From Gammaproteobacteria bacterium (GTDB lineage: Bacteria > Pseudomonadota > Gammaproteobacteria > Pseudomonadales > JAUIET01), in assembly GCA_030431775.1 (NCBI GenBank), contig JAUIHW010000021.1:1997-65996 (forward strand): a DNA stretch of 64,000 nt. The letters run 5' to 3'. A program made the position numbers and the translations under genes. Positions 9,346 to 18,278 of this stretch are shown piece by piece; the first letter of the stretch is position 1; each line of letters opens with the position of its first letter. The notes under the pieces were generated by a model. It was not told the DNA's origin. It saw only the letters and a program-made list of their open reading frames with translations, and did not search any database.

Positions 9346-10503
9346 TTAGTACCAAAGCGACTGGTACAGGCCAATGACCTCCTGAACCGTCGGTACCCGC
9401 GGATTATTCGCCGGCGATCCGGAGGCCAATGCCTGCTCAGCCATCGTTTGCAACGAGGCTTCGAAATGTTGCTGATCAATTCCATAAGCCCGCGGATTGG
9501 GCACCTGCAGCTCGGAGCACAGCTGATGCAGTGCGTCAATGAGCCGGTGGCATGCCGCCCGATCGGTATCAGTCGCTGTTGCTATCCCCATTGCCCGGGC
9601 GCAATCCGCGTAACGTGGCTCGGCAGCGGAAACAGAAAACTCGGTAACCGTGGGCAGCAGCATGGCATTGCTCAGGCCATGCGGCACATGATACAGCGCT
9701 CCGATCGGTCGACTCATGCCGTGTATCAGGGTTACCGAGGCATTGGAAAAAGCCATACCACCCTGGTAGGCCGCCAGCATCATAGCTTCTCGAGCCGCCC
9801 GGTTTTCCGGTTCATGACAGGCCTGCGGCAGGTGTTGCCAGACGCTGCGCATACTGGCCAGTGCAATTGGGTCGGTAAAAGCATTGGCTTTGCGGCTAAC
9901 ATAAGCCTCCAGCGCATGACAGAGGGTGTCGATACCGGTGTCCGCGGTCAGCCGAAACGGTTTTTGCATGGTCAGCTCAAAGTCGACAATAGCGGCTGTC
10001 GGTAAAAAGCCAAGCCCCATACAGAGCATCTTCTCCTGGGTTTCAGTGTCAGTAATCACAGTCGCTCGGGTGGCTTCTGACCCGGTACCGGCCGTGGTGG
10101 GAATGGCGATAACAGGGTAGCCCCTGGGCACAGTCGCCGGCACTTTATAATCGCGCATCGCGCCACCATGAAAGGCCTGTACAGCGGCCGCTTTGGCGGT
10201 GTCCATGGAGCTGCCACCTCCCACACCGATCAGGCAATCATAGCCGCTCTGCTTAAAGGCCTGCACACAGGCTTTTACCGAGTCGGTGGTTGGGTCGGGT
10301 ACACAATCGCTGAAAGTACCATTGCTGATACCCGCGCTGTGCAGACAGCGCGTGATTCTGTCCAGCAGGCCGTTGGCGACAAAAAACGGATCACTGACCA
10401 GCAATGGCCGCGTCAGCGACAACTCAGCCAGTACGGTTGGCAATTCAGATAGGCTATTGCCGCCAATGCGGCTCACACTGGGGAGATGAAGACTTGACGT
10501 CAT
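9346..10503 (-). CDS. iron-containing (group III) alcohol dehydrogenase
   Basis: 'GVGGGSSMDTAKA' and His-rich metal motifs ('HALEAYVS', 'HGMSRPIGALYHVPHG') are characteristic of Fe-ADH. Confidence 0.85.
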   Translation of the reverse strand: MTSSLHLPSVSRIGGNSLSELPTVLAELSLTRPLLVSDPFFVANGLLDRITRCLHSAGISNGTFSDCVPDPTTDSVKACVQAFKQSGYDCLIGVGGGSSMDTAKAAAVQAFHGGAMRDYKVPATVPRGYPVIAIPTTAGTGSEATRATVITDTETQEKMLCMGLGFLPTAAIVDFELTMQKPFRLTADTGIDTLCHALEAYVSRKANAFTDPIALASMRSVWQHLPQACHEPENRAAREAMMLAAYQGGMAFSNASVTLIHGMSRPIGALYHVPHGLSNAMLLPTVTEFSVSAAEPRYADCARAMGIATATDTDRAACHRLIDALHQLCSELQVPNPRAYGIDQQHFEASLQTMAEQALASGSPANNPRVPTVQEVIGLYQSLWY

Positions 10504-10545
10504 GTAGGCCTGCTCTGGTACGTGGAGGCCGTAGTTTACTATTGT

Positions 10546-11550
10546 CTACTGGGCAGCGAGCAGCAGCTGCTTGATTTCTTCTAACTTGGCTTTCACCAGA
10601 GCCCGATTGGCAGGACCCAAACGCAACATCTGTTTTTGCGCCGGCGACAGAGCTTCTACCGCCGGGTCGGCAAACTTGTAATACACCGAGGGCTGAACAA
10701 GATAGATATCACCACTGAGGTCAGGTGTTTGTAGCAAGTGGTCAATTCCTATCAGTAACTCTTTATGCAAGGACTTTTGCGGCTCCCCCAACTCGGCGAA
10801 AGCGGCCTCGAGCGCTGGATAGAAAAAACGATAGATGGAAACCGCACGGTCCGAATCCATGGCTGCAAACGCATCGCTGTAGAGGGTATAACGATCAAAG
10901 GAAGCCGGGTCTATTCGCAGGGACTTACCCTGGCCAAGTACCCGGAACTTTTCTTTCGGGCTGCTCAATGGCAGGTAGCGGTGTGCCACATCTCCCTCGG
11001 CCAGGTTATAGACCAGTACCACAAACCGGCGTGCCAGGTCCTGGGCATCAGACCAGGCGACAACCCCCTGTAAGGAGCTGAGCTTACGCAGCTGACTTAA
11101 CAGGTCCTCATCGCTGTTATTGAGCTGTGGTGACTTTTCCGGCAGCTCATACTGTTCTTTCACTTCGGGGTCTTCCAGCGGCGCCGGCGCGCTGGCAACG
11201 TTGCTGTCTTCTCCATCCACCGGATAGGTTTGCGTATCGCCTGGATTACTGTCGTAATCGCTACTTGTGTAGTCCGAATCCCGACCCGAATCGCGGGTCG
11301 GCAGACTGGTGTAATCCGGTTCAAAATCGGCGAAATAGCGATAGGCAAAAACCGCAGCCACCAGCAAAATGATGCCAATGACTACCGCATCAATCCACAG
11401 CGGACGCCGTTGGCTGCCAGCAGCGCTAGCGGGCGATGAAATTCTGTCTTGCTCGTCGGCGTACAAGTCCGCGTCTCCAGTCGGGTTCGGGCCGGTTTGT
11501 TTGATCTTTGTCACAGCTGATATCGTTGGCTGCGACTTGCGTCTGATCAA
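10546..11550 (-). CDS. membrane-anchored hypothetical protein (possibly DUF3014-like); start uncertain
   Basis: One TM helix ('AVVIGIILLVAAVFAYRYF'), an acidic low-complexity linker, then a globular domain of about 200 aa. No in-frame ATG precedes the TM helix. Candidate starts are TTG 11550, GTG 11514 and TTG 11466, and all of them overlap the upstream ORF. Confidence 0.45.
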   Translation of the reverse strand: MIRRKSQPTISAVTKIKQTGPNPTGDADLYADEQDRISSPASAAGSQRRPLWIDAVVIGIILLVAAVFAYRYFADFEPDYTSLPTRDSGRDSDYTSSDYDSNPGDTQTYPVDGEDSNVASAPAPLEDPEVKEQYELPEKSPQLNNSDEDLLSQLRKLSSLQGVVAWSDAQDLARRFVVLVYNLAEGDVAHRYLPLSSPKEKFRVLGQGKSLRIDPASFDRYTLYSDAFAAMDSDRAVSIYRFFYPALEAAFAELGEPQKSLHKELLIGIDHLLQTPDLSGDIYLVQPSVYYKFADPAVEALSPAQKQMLRLGPANRALVKAKLEEIKQLLLAAQ

Positions 11551-12091
11551 AGCCGGTTAGGGTATTAGACACTTCCTCCGGGCTTTCGTCATCGTGCATA
11601 ATGAAGTAAGGATAAATATCACCCAGAGCATAGGTTAGATCGCCTTCGGTGTTCAAAGCTTCCCGCATGGCGTCTGGGTAGGCGTTCTGGGCGTCTTGCC
11701 ACCAGGTTTTACCCCCTTCCATGCGCAAAACGGCGCGAGCTGCCGCCCGATTGCTTTCGTATTCATCAACACTGATCACGCCTTCATTGTGTGCGTTATA
11801 GCTGTCGCGAAACAGCGTTACAACACTTTGCAGAAAATAGTGCATTTGCACCCGTTCACCGGGTTGTAATGCATAAAAATCGTTCAGACCTCGCCGGAAC
11901 AGGGACGCCAGTTGAGGTTTGCCAGCTATCTCGCCATACACCTCACTGGCAAATGCCAGGCAAGCCTGACGATTACAGCTGCGAACGGCCCGGCTGTTTT
12001 GATGGATGCGGCGCGCCAAATGCAATACAGCCAGAATTAACGTAAGCAGTGCACCCAGCCACACGGGATCGCTGACCTGAAAATCGAACAC
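11426..12091 (-). CDS. hypothetical membrane protein
   Basis: N-terminal TM helix ('WLGALLTLILAVLHLA') followed by a helical domain. No family recognised. The last roughly 40 codons overlap the next ORF out of frame. Confidence 0.4.
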   Translation of the reverse strand: MFDFQVSDPVWLGALLTLILAVLHLARRIHQNSRAVRSCNRQACLAFASEVYGEIAGKPQLASLFRRGLNDFYALQPGERVQMHYFLQSVVTLFRDSYNAHNEGVISVDEYESNRAAARAVLRMEGGKTWWQDAQNAYPDAMREALNTEGDLTYALGDIYPYFIMHDDESPEEVSNTLTGFDQTQVAANDISCDKDQTNRPEPDWRRGLVRRRARQNFIAR

Positions 12092-12218
12092 TGTTCACCT
12101 CGCTCAGAAGCACTTAACGGTGCTGCTTGATTATTTTTTCGAGACTTATGACGGGGATGGCCGCCAACACTCTCAGTGTAGACCAATCATGCGCTTTTGC
12201 GGCCCTTTGTCGCGCTGG

Positions 12219-12968
12219 CTAGAAATGGTATCGCAGCCGTACACTGACTTCATGAACAGCCAGCTCGTCGTGTTCAAGGATGTCGCCTAAAGGCCCGGCC
12301 AAAGTCGCTGCATCGCCCAGATTGCTGTATTGATAATCCAGCCCCAACTCGGCCCGCTCGCTAAGCTCCATATGCACGCCCAAGCCCGCCGACCAGGCAA
12401 ATTCTCGCTCTGATCCACGCGGGTATACCAGCGGCGAATCGAGGTTGAGCGCTTGCACCGTGGGATCTATCGTTAAAGTCGCCTGGCTGCGATTTTTGGA
12501 CTCACCCGCACCAACCTTTAGGTAGGCCGTCCAATCAGGGTCTTTCAGCCGCCCAACATAGGCGACATTGAGCATTCGGGTCTGGCTTTCAGTCGTACCT
12601 CCGGCCTCAAACCGTTCGGTATCGCTACCAACCAGGGCTTGCACTGAAGGCCGGGTAGCAAGCGATTGCGCATCCCCAATATCAACTCGTCGATTGCGGA
12701 AATCCAGCTCCAGGCGCCACCCGGAAATCATCTGATAGCCAACCGCAAAGGAACGCACCGAAGCATCGCCCTGGCCATAAATAGGCATACCCGCTGCATT
12801 TACACCGCTGTGCTCAAGCTCGCCGGTTGCAATAGCGTAGCCCAGGCCCACCTCCACGTAGGGGCTGTTCTCGTGCCCAAAACCCGTTAAAGGCAGCAGC
12901 CCGAGCAGGCTGACTGTGAAAAAGATGGAGAGTCGCAATGTGGGTGTCCTGCGGCGTGTTATACCCAA
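12219..12968 (-). CDS. outer-membrane beta-barrel protein (OmpA-like/OmpW-like barrel)
   Basis: Signal peptide, alternating beta-strand pattern, and a C-terminal 'VRLRYHF' ending in Phe. The start may be TTG 12935, which has an AGGA SD, rather than TTG 12968. Confidence 0.65.
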   Translation of the reverse strand: MGITRRRTPTLRLSIFFTVSLLGLLPLTGFGHENSPYVEVGLGYAIATGELEHSGVNAAGMPIYGQGDASVRSFAVGYQMISGWRLELDFRNRRVDIGDAQSLATRPSVQALVGSDTERFEAGGTTESQTRMLNVAYVGRLKDPDWTAYLKVGAGESKNRSQATLTIDPTVQALNLDSPLVYPRGSEREFAWSAGLGVHMELSERAELGLDYQYSNLGDAATLAGPLGDILEHDELAVHEVSVRLRYHF

Positions 12969-13040
12969 ACAGTAGCAGTAACGCAGGCTTCTGCCCGCTG
13001 CGCTGGTAATGTTGCCAAAATCCTTCTCCCGGCCAGGCTC

Positions 13041-14144
13041 TTACAATGAATCCAGAAAACTCAGTAATTGCGCATTACACCGCTCGGCTTGCTCCTGCTG
13101 AACAAAGTGGCCGGCGTTTTCAAGCAAGTGAATGCCGCGCAAATCGCTGGAACGCTGCCGCAACACCTGGAATGCGTTCGGGTCAATCATCTGAATCACC
13201 GGGTCCTGTGCCCCGGCGATAAACAACGACGGCTGGGTTATCAGCTCATCGGCATACGGCTCGGCCAACGCCCAGTTGAGATCCGCCGCCCGGTAAGCGC
13301 TCAACCCGCCAATGAATTCCAGGCCGGGTTCGGCAGCCATGAATTCGGCAACATAGAAGTCCAGGTCCTGCTGGCTGAGCCACTCCCAGGGCAAAGGCTG
13401 CTCCGGTTCGGCCAGCACATCCAGGTAGCCTTTGACCGAATTGGAGTGCTGGCTCCAGTCCAACAGCCGCCCCCGGGCGCTGAGCGCCCAGAATAAGCGC
13501 CGCAGGAAAGTGGCCGGCTCAGCGGCCAACTCCTGCTCGGCCGGGCCGATGGTTTGAAAATAGTGCGCATAGAAAAACTGTTGTTCGGCAATTCGGGCAA
13601 AACACTCACTCGGCTTGCAATCGGGGCGAGCAAATGGGCGCTCGATTACCTGCTCAGGGTCGGGACTGCGCCCTGCGCCGCCACGGCCCGAGAAATCAAA
13701 ATCATAAGGGCAGGCCATGCCAACCAGTGCCGCAACCCGCCCTGGCTGTCGCAAGGCCAGATTGTAGACCTGTGCCGCGCCAAAATCCTGACCAACGAAA
13801 ATGCCCTGCTCCAGCTGCAAGTCGTCCAACAAACAACACAAATCAGCCACCGTGTGCTCACTGCTGTAGGCTGCCGTCTCCCGCGGCCTTCCACTTCGGC
13901 CATAGCCCCGCTGGTCAATTGCCACCGCGTGATAGCCATTAGCGGCCAGAGCGCGCAGCTGGTGACGCCAGCTGTACCATAAACCCGGCATGCCGTGACA
14001 CAGGATAACCGGCGCCGGTTGACGCTGGTCTGCGCCGAAATTGGCTGGATGGGCATGTACAGCGTGCAGTTGTACGCCATCACCCGGGTGAAAACGGTGG
14101 TCAAATTCGCTCATCGCTCCAAGCTCCTGCTGGCTTGCCGTCAT
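13041..14144 (-). CDS. alpha/beta hydrolase, epoxide-hydrolase-like
   Basis: 'CHGMPGLWYSWRHQ' (HGxP oxyanion motif), 'VGQDFGA' nucleophile elbow with Asp, and the C-terminal 'AGHFVQQEQ' His. Confidence 0.8.
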   Translation of the reverse strand: MTASQQELGAMSEFDHRFHPGDGVQLHAVHAHPANFGADQRQPAPVILCHGMPGLWYSWRHQLRALAANGYHAVAIDQRGYGRSGRPRETAAYSSEHTVADLCCLLDDLQLEQGIFVGQDFGAAQVYNLALRQPGRVAALVGMACPYDFDFSGRGGAGRSPDPEQVIERPFARPDCKPSECFARIAEQQFFYAHYFQTIGPAEQELAAEPATFLRRLFWALSARGRLLDWSQHSNSVKGYLDVLAEPEQPLPWEWLSQQDLDFYVAEFMAAEPGLEFIGGLSAYRAADLNWALAEPYADELITQPSLFIAGAQDPVIQMIDPNAFQVLRQRSSDLRGIHLLENAGHFVQQEQAERCNAQLLSFLDSL

Positions 14145-14269
14145 CGTGCGCTCGGCGGATGTTAACCGCCGGCACGTCGTCTTACGTGGGCGCGCTGGAT
14201 AAAACTACCAGGGCATTACACGAGTATCTGAGCTATTTTTATTACTGGCTCAAGCAGGAAGTATAAACA

Positions 14270-14902
14270 TTGTTTAGCGTCAAAGGCCGATTTTATCGCT
14301 TATTGAACCGCATCATACCCAGTGATATCACTCAGGTTTTATTACTCGATCTGTCGGCGGTGCAAGCGCCATCGAGTTCCGTGGAGGAGTATTCTTTCGA
14401 TTTCATTACCGCCGATGAGTTGATCCGTTTCAGCGCGCTAGAAGGTGCTGAACTCAAACCTGAAATGGCTGAGCTGATTCGTTCACGAGAGGCGGTTTGT
14501 TTTGCTGCCACCGTAGACGGTGAGCTTGCTGCCTACACCTGGTTTGCCGGTGGTACCGTTGACGCGCAGCATAATTGCGGCGGTAGTCAATTTCGGGGTA
14601 TTGGCCTGAGCCTGCCGGATAATATGATGTATCTGTTCAAGGCCTTTGTGCTACCTGAACATCGCGGCAAATCATTGAACCGCTGGATTTATGTCCGCGC
14701 AGGCGAGTCCTTTGCCAAACAGGACTACCACTTCATCATAACAACAACAGACTGGACGAACCTCGCGTTCCAACGCAGCGCAATCAATGGCGGATTTCAG
14801 CGGCTTGCGCTGGAAGGAGAGTTCGTTGTCGGCAAACGGCACTGCTATCGTCTGCCTAAGCTGAGTAAGGTCGGTGTCCGCCTGTTTGGCGGCGCACTCT
14901 AA
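14270..14902 (+). CDS. putative GNAT-fold acyltransferase
   Basis: 'LFKAFVLPEHRGKSLNRWIY' resembles GNAT motif A (R/Q-x-x-G-x-G/A). TTG start. Weak assignment. Confidence 0.4.
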   Translation: MFSVKGRFYRLLNRIIPSDITQVLLLDLSAVQAPSSSVEEYSFDFITADELIRFSALEGAELKPEMAELIRSREAVCFAATVDGELAAYTWFAGGTVDAQHNCGGSQFRGIGLSLPDNMMYLFKAFVLPEHRGKSLNRWIYVRAGESFAKQDYHFIITTTDWTNLAFQRSAINGGFQRLALEGEFVVGKRHCYRLPKLSKVGVRLFGGAL

Positions 14903-14915
14903 AAATGCTAGCGGC

Positions 14916-15893
14916 CTACTGTGACTGGTGCTGGGAGAACGACGCGAGCTTCTTCTCTGGCAGGGTGCGCATGCCCAACGGTGCATCCGGGTCAACCTGC
15001 AAGTCAGTAATGTACTGTGCTGAACGGCTGCGCTTTTTAAACGGTTTTACTTTATTTACTGCGCGATAACTGAGCCGTTTAAATTCCGGCAGCAGGCCGT
15101 TCTCCTGCATGGATCGGTTTTTAAACCCAAGATTGCGCAATAAGAACCTGTTCGCCAGCTGTACATACTGACGCCGATAAATCGTTGGCGTGTAATAGCT
15201 GGTTGCAAGCGATACATTCAGGTCAATATTCTGAATACGATGCGGCCCATTGTGTGGCCAGGAAGCCACTTCACCGGGTTGCAAAATATGATGAAAGGCC
15301 GCTTCGTCAAACTCTGGCCTGAATGGTATATTTTCATCAATTTCGCCTGCATAGATGTCTTCTATTAAATGCTGGGGTATGAATTCAGTGTCCATTTCAG
15401 GATAGATCCAGACATTCTTTTGGCCGCGAAAGTGCCACAGCATATTAGGCTCGGCATCCATGTGGTAGTAAACCTGTGCACCGGGAGAGCTGATCAGCAG
15501 AGTGCTGTAATCCGGCTTGGGTCCACGAAGGTGGGGACAGTGTTCGCCAAGATGCTCGTACATACCGGCAATCAGATCAGCATAGTCCTTATCGGCTTCT
15601 TCGATATGGGTTATGTTGTACCACAAACGCCCATTTTCGACCGCGCGCCACAATTGCTCACCATTTGTATCCGGGGCAATGTCAACTGTCTGCCATTCGT
15701 CATTTTTTGCCGGATCGGTGCCCATGGTAAATGCCTGTAACCACTTACGAGGGTAGCTATCGAGCAGCGCAGTCAAACTTTCCCGCTCGAACAGCGGTGT
15801 TGTGTGGTAGGTATGACGGCTGATTTGTGCCGTTAAACCGAATTGTTTGTATTCTTCATCAGTCCAGGAAAATTGTGCTTCGCGATAGTTCAT
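14916..15893 (-). CDS. cupin / JmjC-like putative Fe(II)/2-oxoglutarate oxygenase
   Basis: 'VYYHMDAEPNMLWHFRGQKNVWIYP' supplies an HxD motif, and 'WPHNGPHRIQN' supplies a distal His in a cupin-like pattern. Basic C-terminal tail. Confidence 0.55.
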   Translation of the reverse strand: MNYREAQFSWTDEEYKQFGLTAQISRHTYHTTPLFERESLTALLDSYPRKWLQAFTMGTDPAKNDEWQTVDIAPDTNGEQLWRAVENGRLWYNITHIEEADKDYADLIAGMYEHLGEHCPHLRGPKPDYSTLLISSPGAQVYYHMDAEPNMLWHFRGQKNVWIYPEMDTEFIPQHLIEDIYAGEIDENIPFRPEFDEAAFHHILQPGEVASWPHNGPHRIQNIDLNVSLATSYYTPTIYRRQYVQLANRFLLRNLGFKNRSMQENGLLPEFKRLSYRAVNKVKPFKKRSRSAQYITDLQVDPDAPLGMRTLPEKKLASFSQHQSQ

Positions 15894-15995
15894 CTTGATC
15901 GACGTATTGGCTGTGTTTGCTACTCTTAAAGCTTAGCAGTACAAACCGACTTTGCTGCGGATTGCCTGCCAGTCGTCTATTCGGATAATAGCTTG

Positions 15996-17090
15996 ATGTT
16001 GCGTGTTGAATGCCTGGAAACCAATGATGCCTTTTGCGCACTAGCAGCCGACTGGCATGCGCTGAGCCTGGCTTGCCCCAGTGCCTCGGTTTTCAACTCG
16101 CATACCTGGCTGTGGAACTGGTGGCAGGTGTACGGCGAACAGTCTGAGTTGAAGCTTCTTGCCGTCTACAACCTTGACGATTTGGTCGCACTTTTGCCGC
16201 TGTACATACGCAAAGCGCCCACTCTTAAGTTGGCCACTACACGCGAGCTGCGCTTGCTTGGTTCCGGTGGTGACACCTCCCCGGATTACCTCGGCCTTTT
16301 GTACCGACCACAATTCCTGGAGCAAAGCCTGCTAGAAATCCAGAAATTTCTGCGCGGTCTGTCCGCCTGGGATACTGCTGTGTTGAGCGATTTATGCGAT
16401 CTTCCCGAGGTGAATCAATGTCTGCAGGCAAGCCTATCGCCGCACGCCGAGCAATTACCGTGTGCTAGTATTCGTTATATCGATTTGCCAGATAGCTTCG
16501 ATGGGTATCTGGCCAGCCTCAGCAGCAATCAACGCAAGCAGGTACGGCGGCGGCGGCGGCGATTTGAGGAATTGGGCAACACCCGATTTTTTCGCTGGCC
16601 CAATGACCGTGACATTGACGAAGGCTTTAACGCCCTGGCTGAGCTGCACCGCTTGCGCTGGAACCAAAAAGAGGAGGGTGGCAGCTTTCAAACCGACAGC
16701 TATTGCCGCTTTCATCTAGCGGTGATGCACGCATTGCAGCAACGCGACGAATTACGCCTGTATGCTCTAATGCATGAAGATACGATGGTTGCGATGGAGT
16801 ACAGTTATCGCTGGAAGAACGGTGTCTATTCGTTTCAGTGCGGCTTTCACCCGGACTATAGCGAGCATCGACCAGGCCAGCTGTTATTAAATTATTCCAT
16901 TGAAGATGCCATTGCGGAAGGGCTCAAGCAGTATGACATGCTGAAGGGCGACTACGATTACAAAGCATCGGCTGCCAAGGAACTGAGAAATACAGTTACT
17001 CTGCGGGCCTACCGCAACACCGGAGCAGGCCATCTGGCCGCTTTCCGGCGCGACCTTTCCAAAGCCAAAGCCAAGCTTAGATCGGCCTAA
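15996..17090 (+). CDS. GNAT family acyltransferase, CelD/BioF2/FemAB-like (Acetyltransf_6-type)
   Basis: About 365 aa with 'MEYSYRWKNGVYSFQCGFHPDYSEHRPGQLLLNYSIEDAIAEGLKQYDMLKGDYDYK', typical of the CelD-like family. The ATG at 15996 follows the TTG at 15993. Confidence 0.6.
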   Translation: MLRVECLETNDAFCALAADWHALSLACPSASVFNSHTWLWNWWQVYGEQSELKLLAVYNLDDLVALLPLYIRKAPTLKLATTRELRLLGSGGDTSPDYLGLLYRPQFLEQSLLEIQKFLRGLSAWDTAVLSDLCDLPEVNQCLQASLSPHAEQLPCASIRYIDLPDSFDGYLASLSSNQRKQVRRRRRRFEELGNTRFFRWPNDRDIDEGFNALAELHRLRWNQKEEGGSFQTDSYCRFHLAVMHALQQRDELRLYALMHEDTMVAMEYSYRWKNGVYSFQCGFHPDYSEHRPGQLLLNYSIEDAIAEGLKQYDMLKGDYDYKASAAKELRNTVTLRAYRNTGAGHLAAFRRDLSKAKAKLRSA

Positions 17091-17184
17091 GACCGAGGCC
17101 AGACCACCCCACAATTGATCACTATTTGCACTGACGATCGTTTCACGGTAGTCTGGCAAAGTCATTTCCAAGGATGGAGCAACG

Positions 17185-17511
17185 ATGACCCCTGTGATCA
17201 ATGCCGTACCAATACGGCACCCGCGCTATGTGCACGTCAAATTTCAACACTACCTGAAAGACCTGGGCCTCACGGCAAAACAGCGTAAAAACTACGCAGC
17301 CTGGCTAAGCCGCTTTCTGGTTTTCCACCATGGCAAGCCATTGGAGAGCCTGAACCAGCAGCACATCGAACACTTTCTGCAATTTCTGGCCGTGTACGCC
17401 AATGATTCTGAGCAGCAACAGCACGAAGCGCATTGCTGTTTACGGGTGTTTTACCAGTGCTATCTGCCGGACCGGGCTAGAAGTCCAGAGGCGTGTGCAG
17501 ATACTGCGTGA
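17185..17511 (+). CDS. stand-alone phage/integron-integrase N-terminal SAM-like domain protein (no catalytic domain)
   Basis: 'YAAWLSRFLVFHHGKPLESLNQQHIEHFLQFLAV...CCLRVFYQCYL' follows the Y..W...F..FH....P..L....IE.FL..LA...L..FY pattern of IntI/Xer N-termini. GGAG SD 6 nt upstream. The ORF ends after 108 codons and overlaps the convergent gene by 35 nt. Confidence 0.5.
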   Translation: MTPVINAVPIRHPRYVHVKFQHYLKDLGLTAKQRKNYAAWLSRFLVFHHGKPLESLNQQHIEHFLQFLAVYANDSEQQQHEAHCCLRVFYQCYLPDRARSPEACADTA

Positions 17512-18238
17512 AAATACGCTGACAATGCTCAAAAAGGCTATCAGGCGCCTGCTCTGTGCCCTCCTTGGCCTGTTCAAAGGCCCAGCGCATACCGTCAGGC
17601 ATGGGGATTAGAGCGGCAGGCAAAGGGCGAACCATAACCCCGATGAACACCGCGGCATACAGGTCCAGTGCAGACAGTTCGCTGCCGATGTAATAGCCAC
17701 TGCCCAGTTGTGACTGGGCATGCAGCTGCTTGGCCAGAAGCGCCAGAATCGCGCCGACTTTGGCCGCCGCCGCCGCTACGGCCTGCTCTGAGTAGCCGTA
17801 TTTGTCCGCCAGGCGCTGGAGCGGCTCTGCGGCCGCGGGGCCACCGCTGGCATGCAGGCTCTGCAGGCGGCGCAGCCAGCCAAGGCCATCGATGCCGGCA
17901 ATCTCGCGGAGCAGGCCAAACATGGTGGACCGCTCTGTAACCGAATCAGGAATCAGTCTCGGCCGCTCCGATAGTTGCTCGGCAAGCCACACAAACTGTT
18001 CCCAGTGGGTCAAGACCCGGTCATCTGTGGTCACAATCGCCGGGGCACTGCTTTGTGCGGTCCATTCCTGTAGGGCCGGGTTTTCCTGCCCCGGCTGCAT
18101 GGCAACAGCGCTGTAAGGAATGTTTTTGACGTGAAACATGGCTTTGACCGCCTCACCCCAGACTCCGGGTGTGCCAGCGCATAAGATCAGCCGCAGCCCG
18201 CCGCGTTGCCTGGCTTCTGGTATGCTCAGATAGTTCAT
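17477..18238 (-). CDS. glutathione S-transferase-like protein
   Basis: Thioredoxin-like N-terminal part and a helical C-terminal part with GST_C-like features. The assignment is tentative. Confidence 0.45.
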   Translation of the reverse strand: MNYLSIPEARQRGGLRLILCAGTPGVWGEAVKAMFHVKNIPYSAVAMQPGQENPALQEWTAQSSAPAIVTTDDRVLTHWEQFVWLAEQLSERPRLIPDSVTERSTMFGLLREIAGIDGLGWLRRLQSLHASGGPAAAEPLQRLADKYGYSEQAVAAAAAKVGAILALLAKQLHAQSQLGSGYYIGSELSALDLYAAVFIGVMVRPLPAALIPMPDGMRWAFEQAKEGTEQAPDSLFEHCQRIFTQYLHTPLDF

Positions 18239-18278
18239 CGCGCCCTCCTCGTGGCGCGATTATAACGGCAGAAAGTGA

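Noticed and set aside
12104-12140. Imperfect hairpin followed by a T-run (AGCAC-ttaacg-GTGCT...TTATTTTTTC) between the OMP gene and the next gene
   Set aside because: Its orientation fits a plus-strand terminator, but both flanking genes are on the minus strand. The stem is only about 5 bp with mismatches.
16545-16562. (CGG)5-CGA trinucleotide run in the CelD-like gene, encoding RRRRRR
   Set aside because: The run is short and in frame, so slippage would only change the length of the Arg tract. There is no evidence for phase variation. A similar (GCC)4 run lies at about 17764-17775 in the GST-like gene.
18123-18138. Degenerate parS-like 16-mer TTTTTGACGTGAAACA inside the GST-like gene
   Set aside because: It has 4 mismatches to TGTTCCACGTGGAACA, or 2 mismatches to the looser TGTTNCACGTGNAACA. 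The left half-site is poor and it lies 23 kb from oriC. It is most likely chance or at best a weak half-site.
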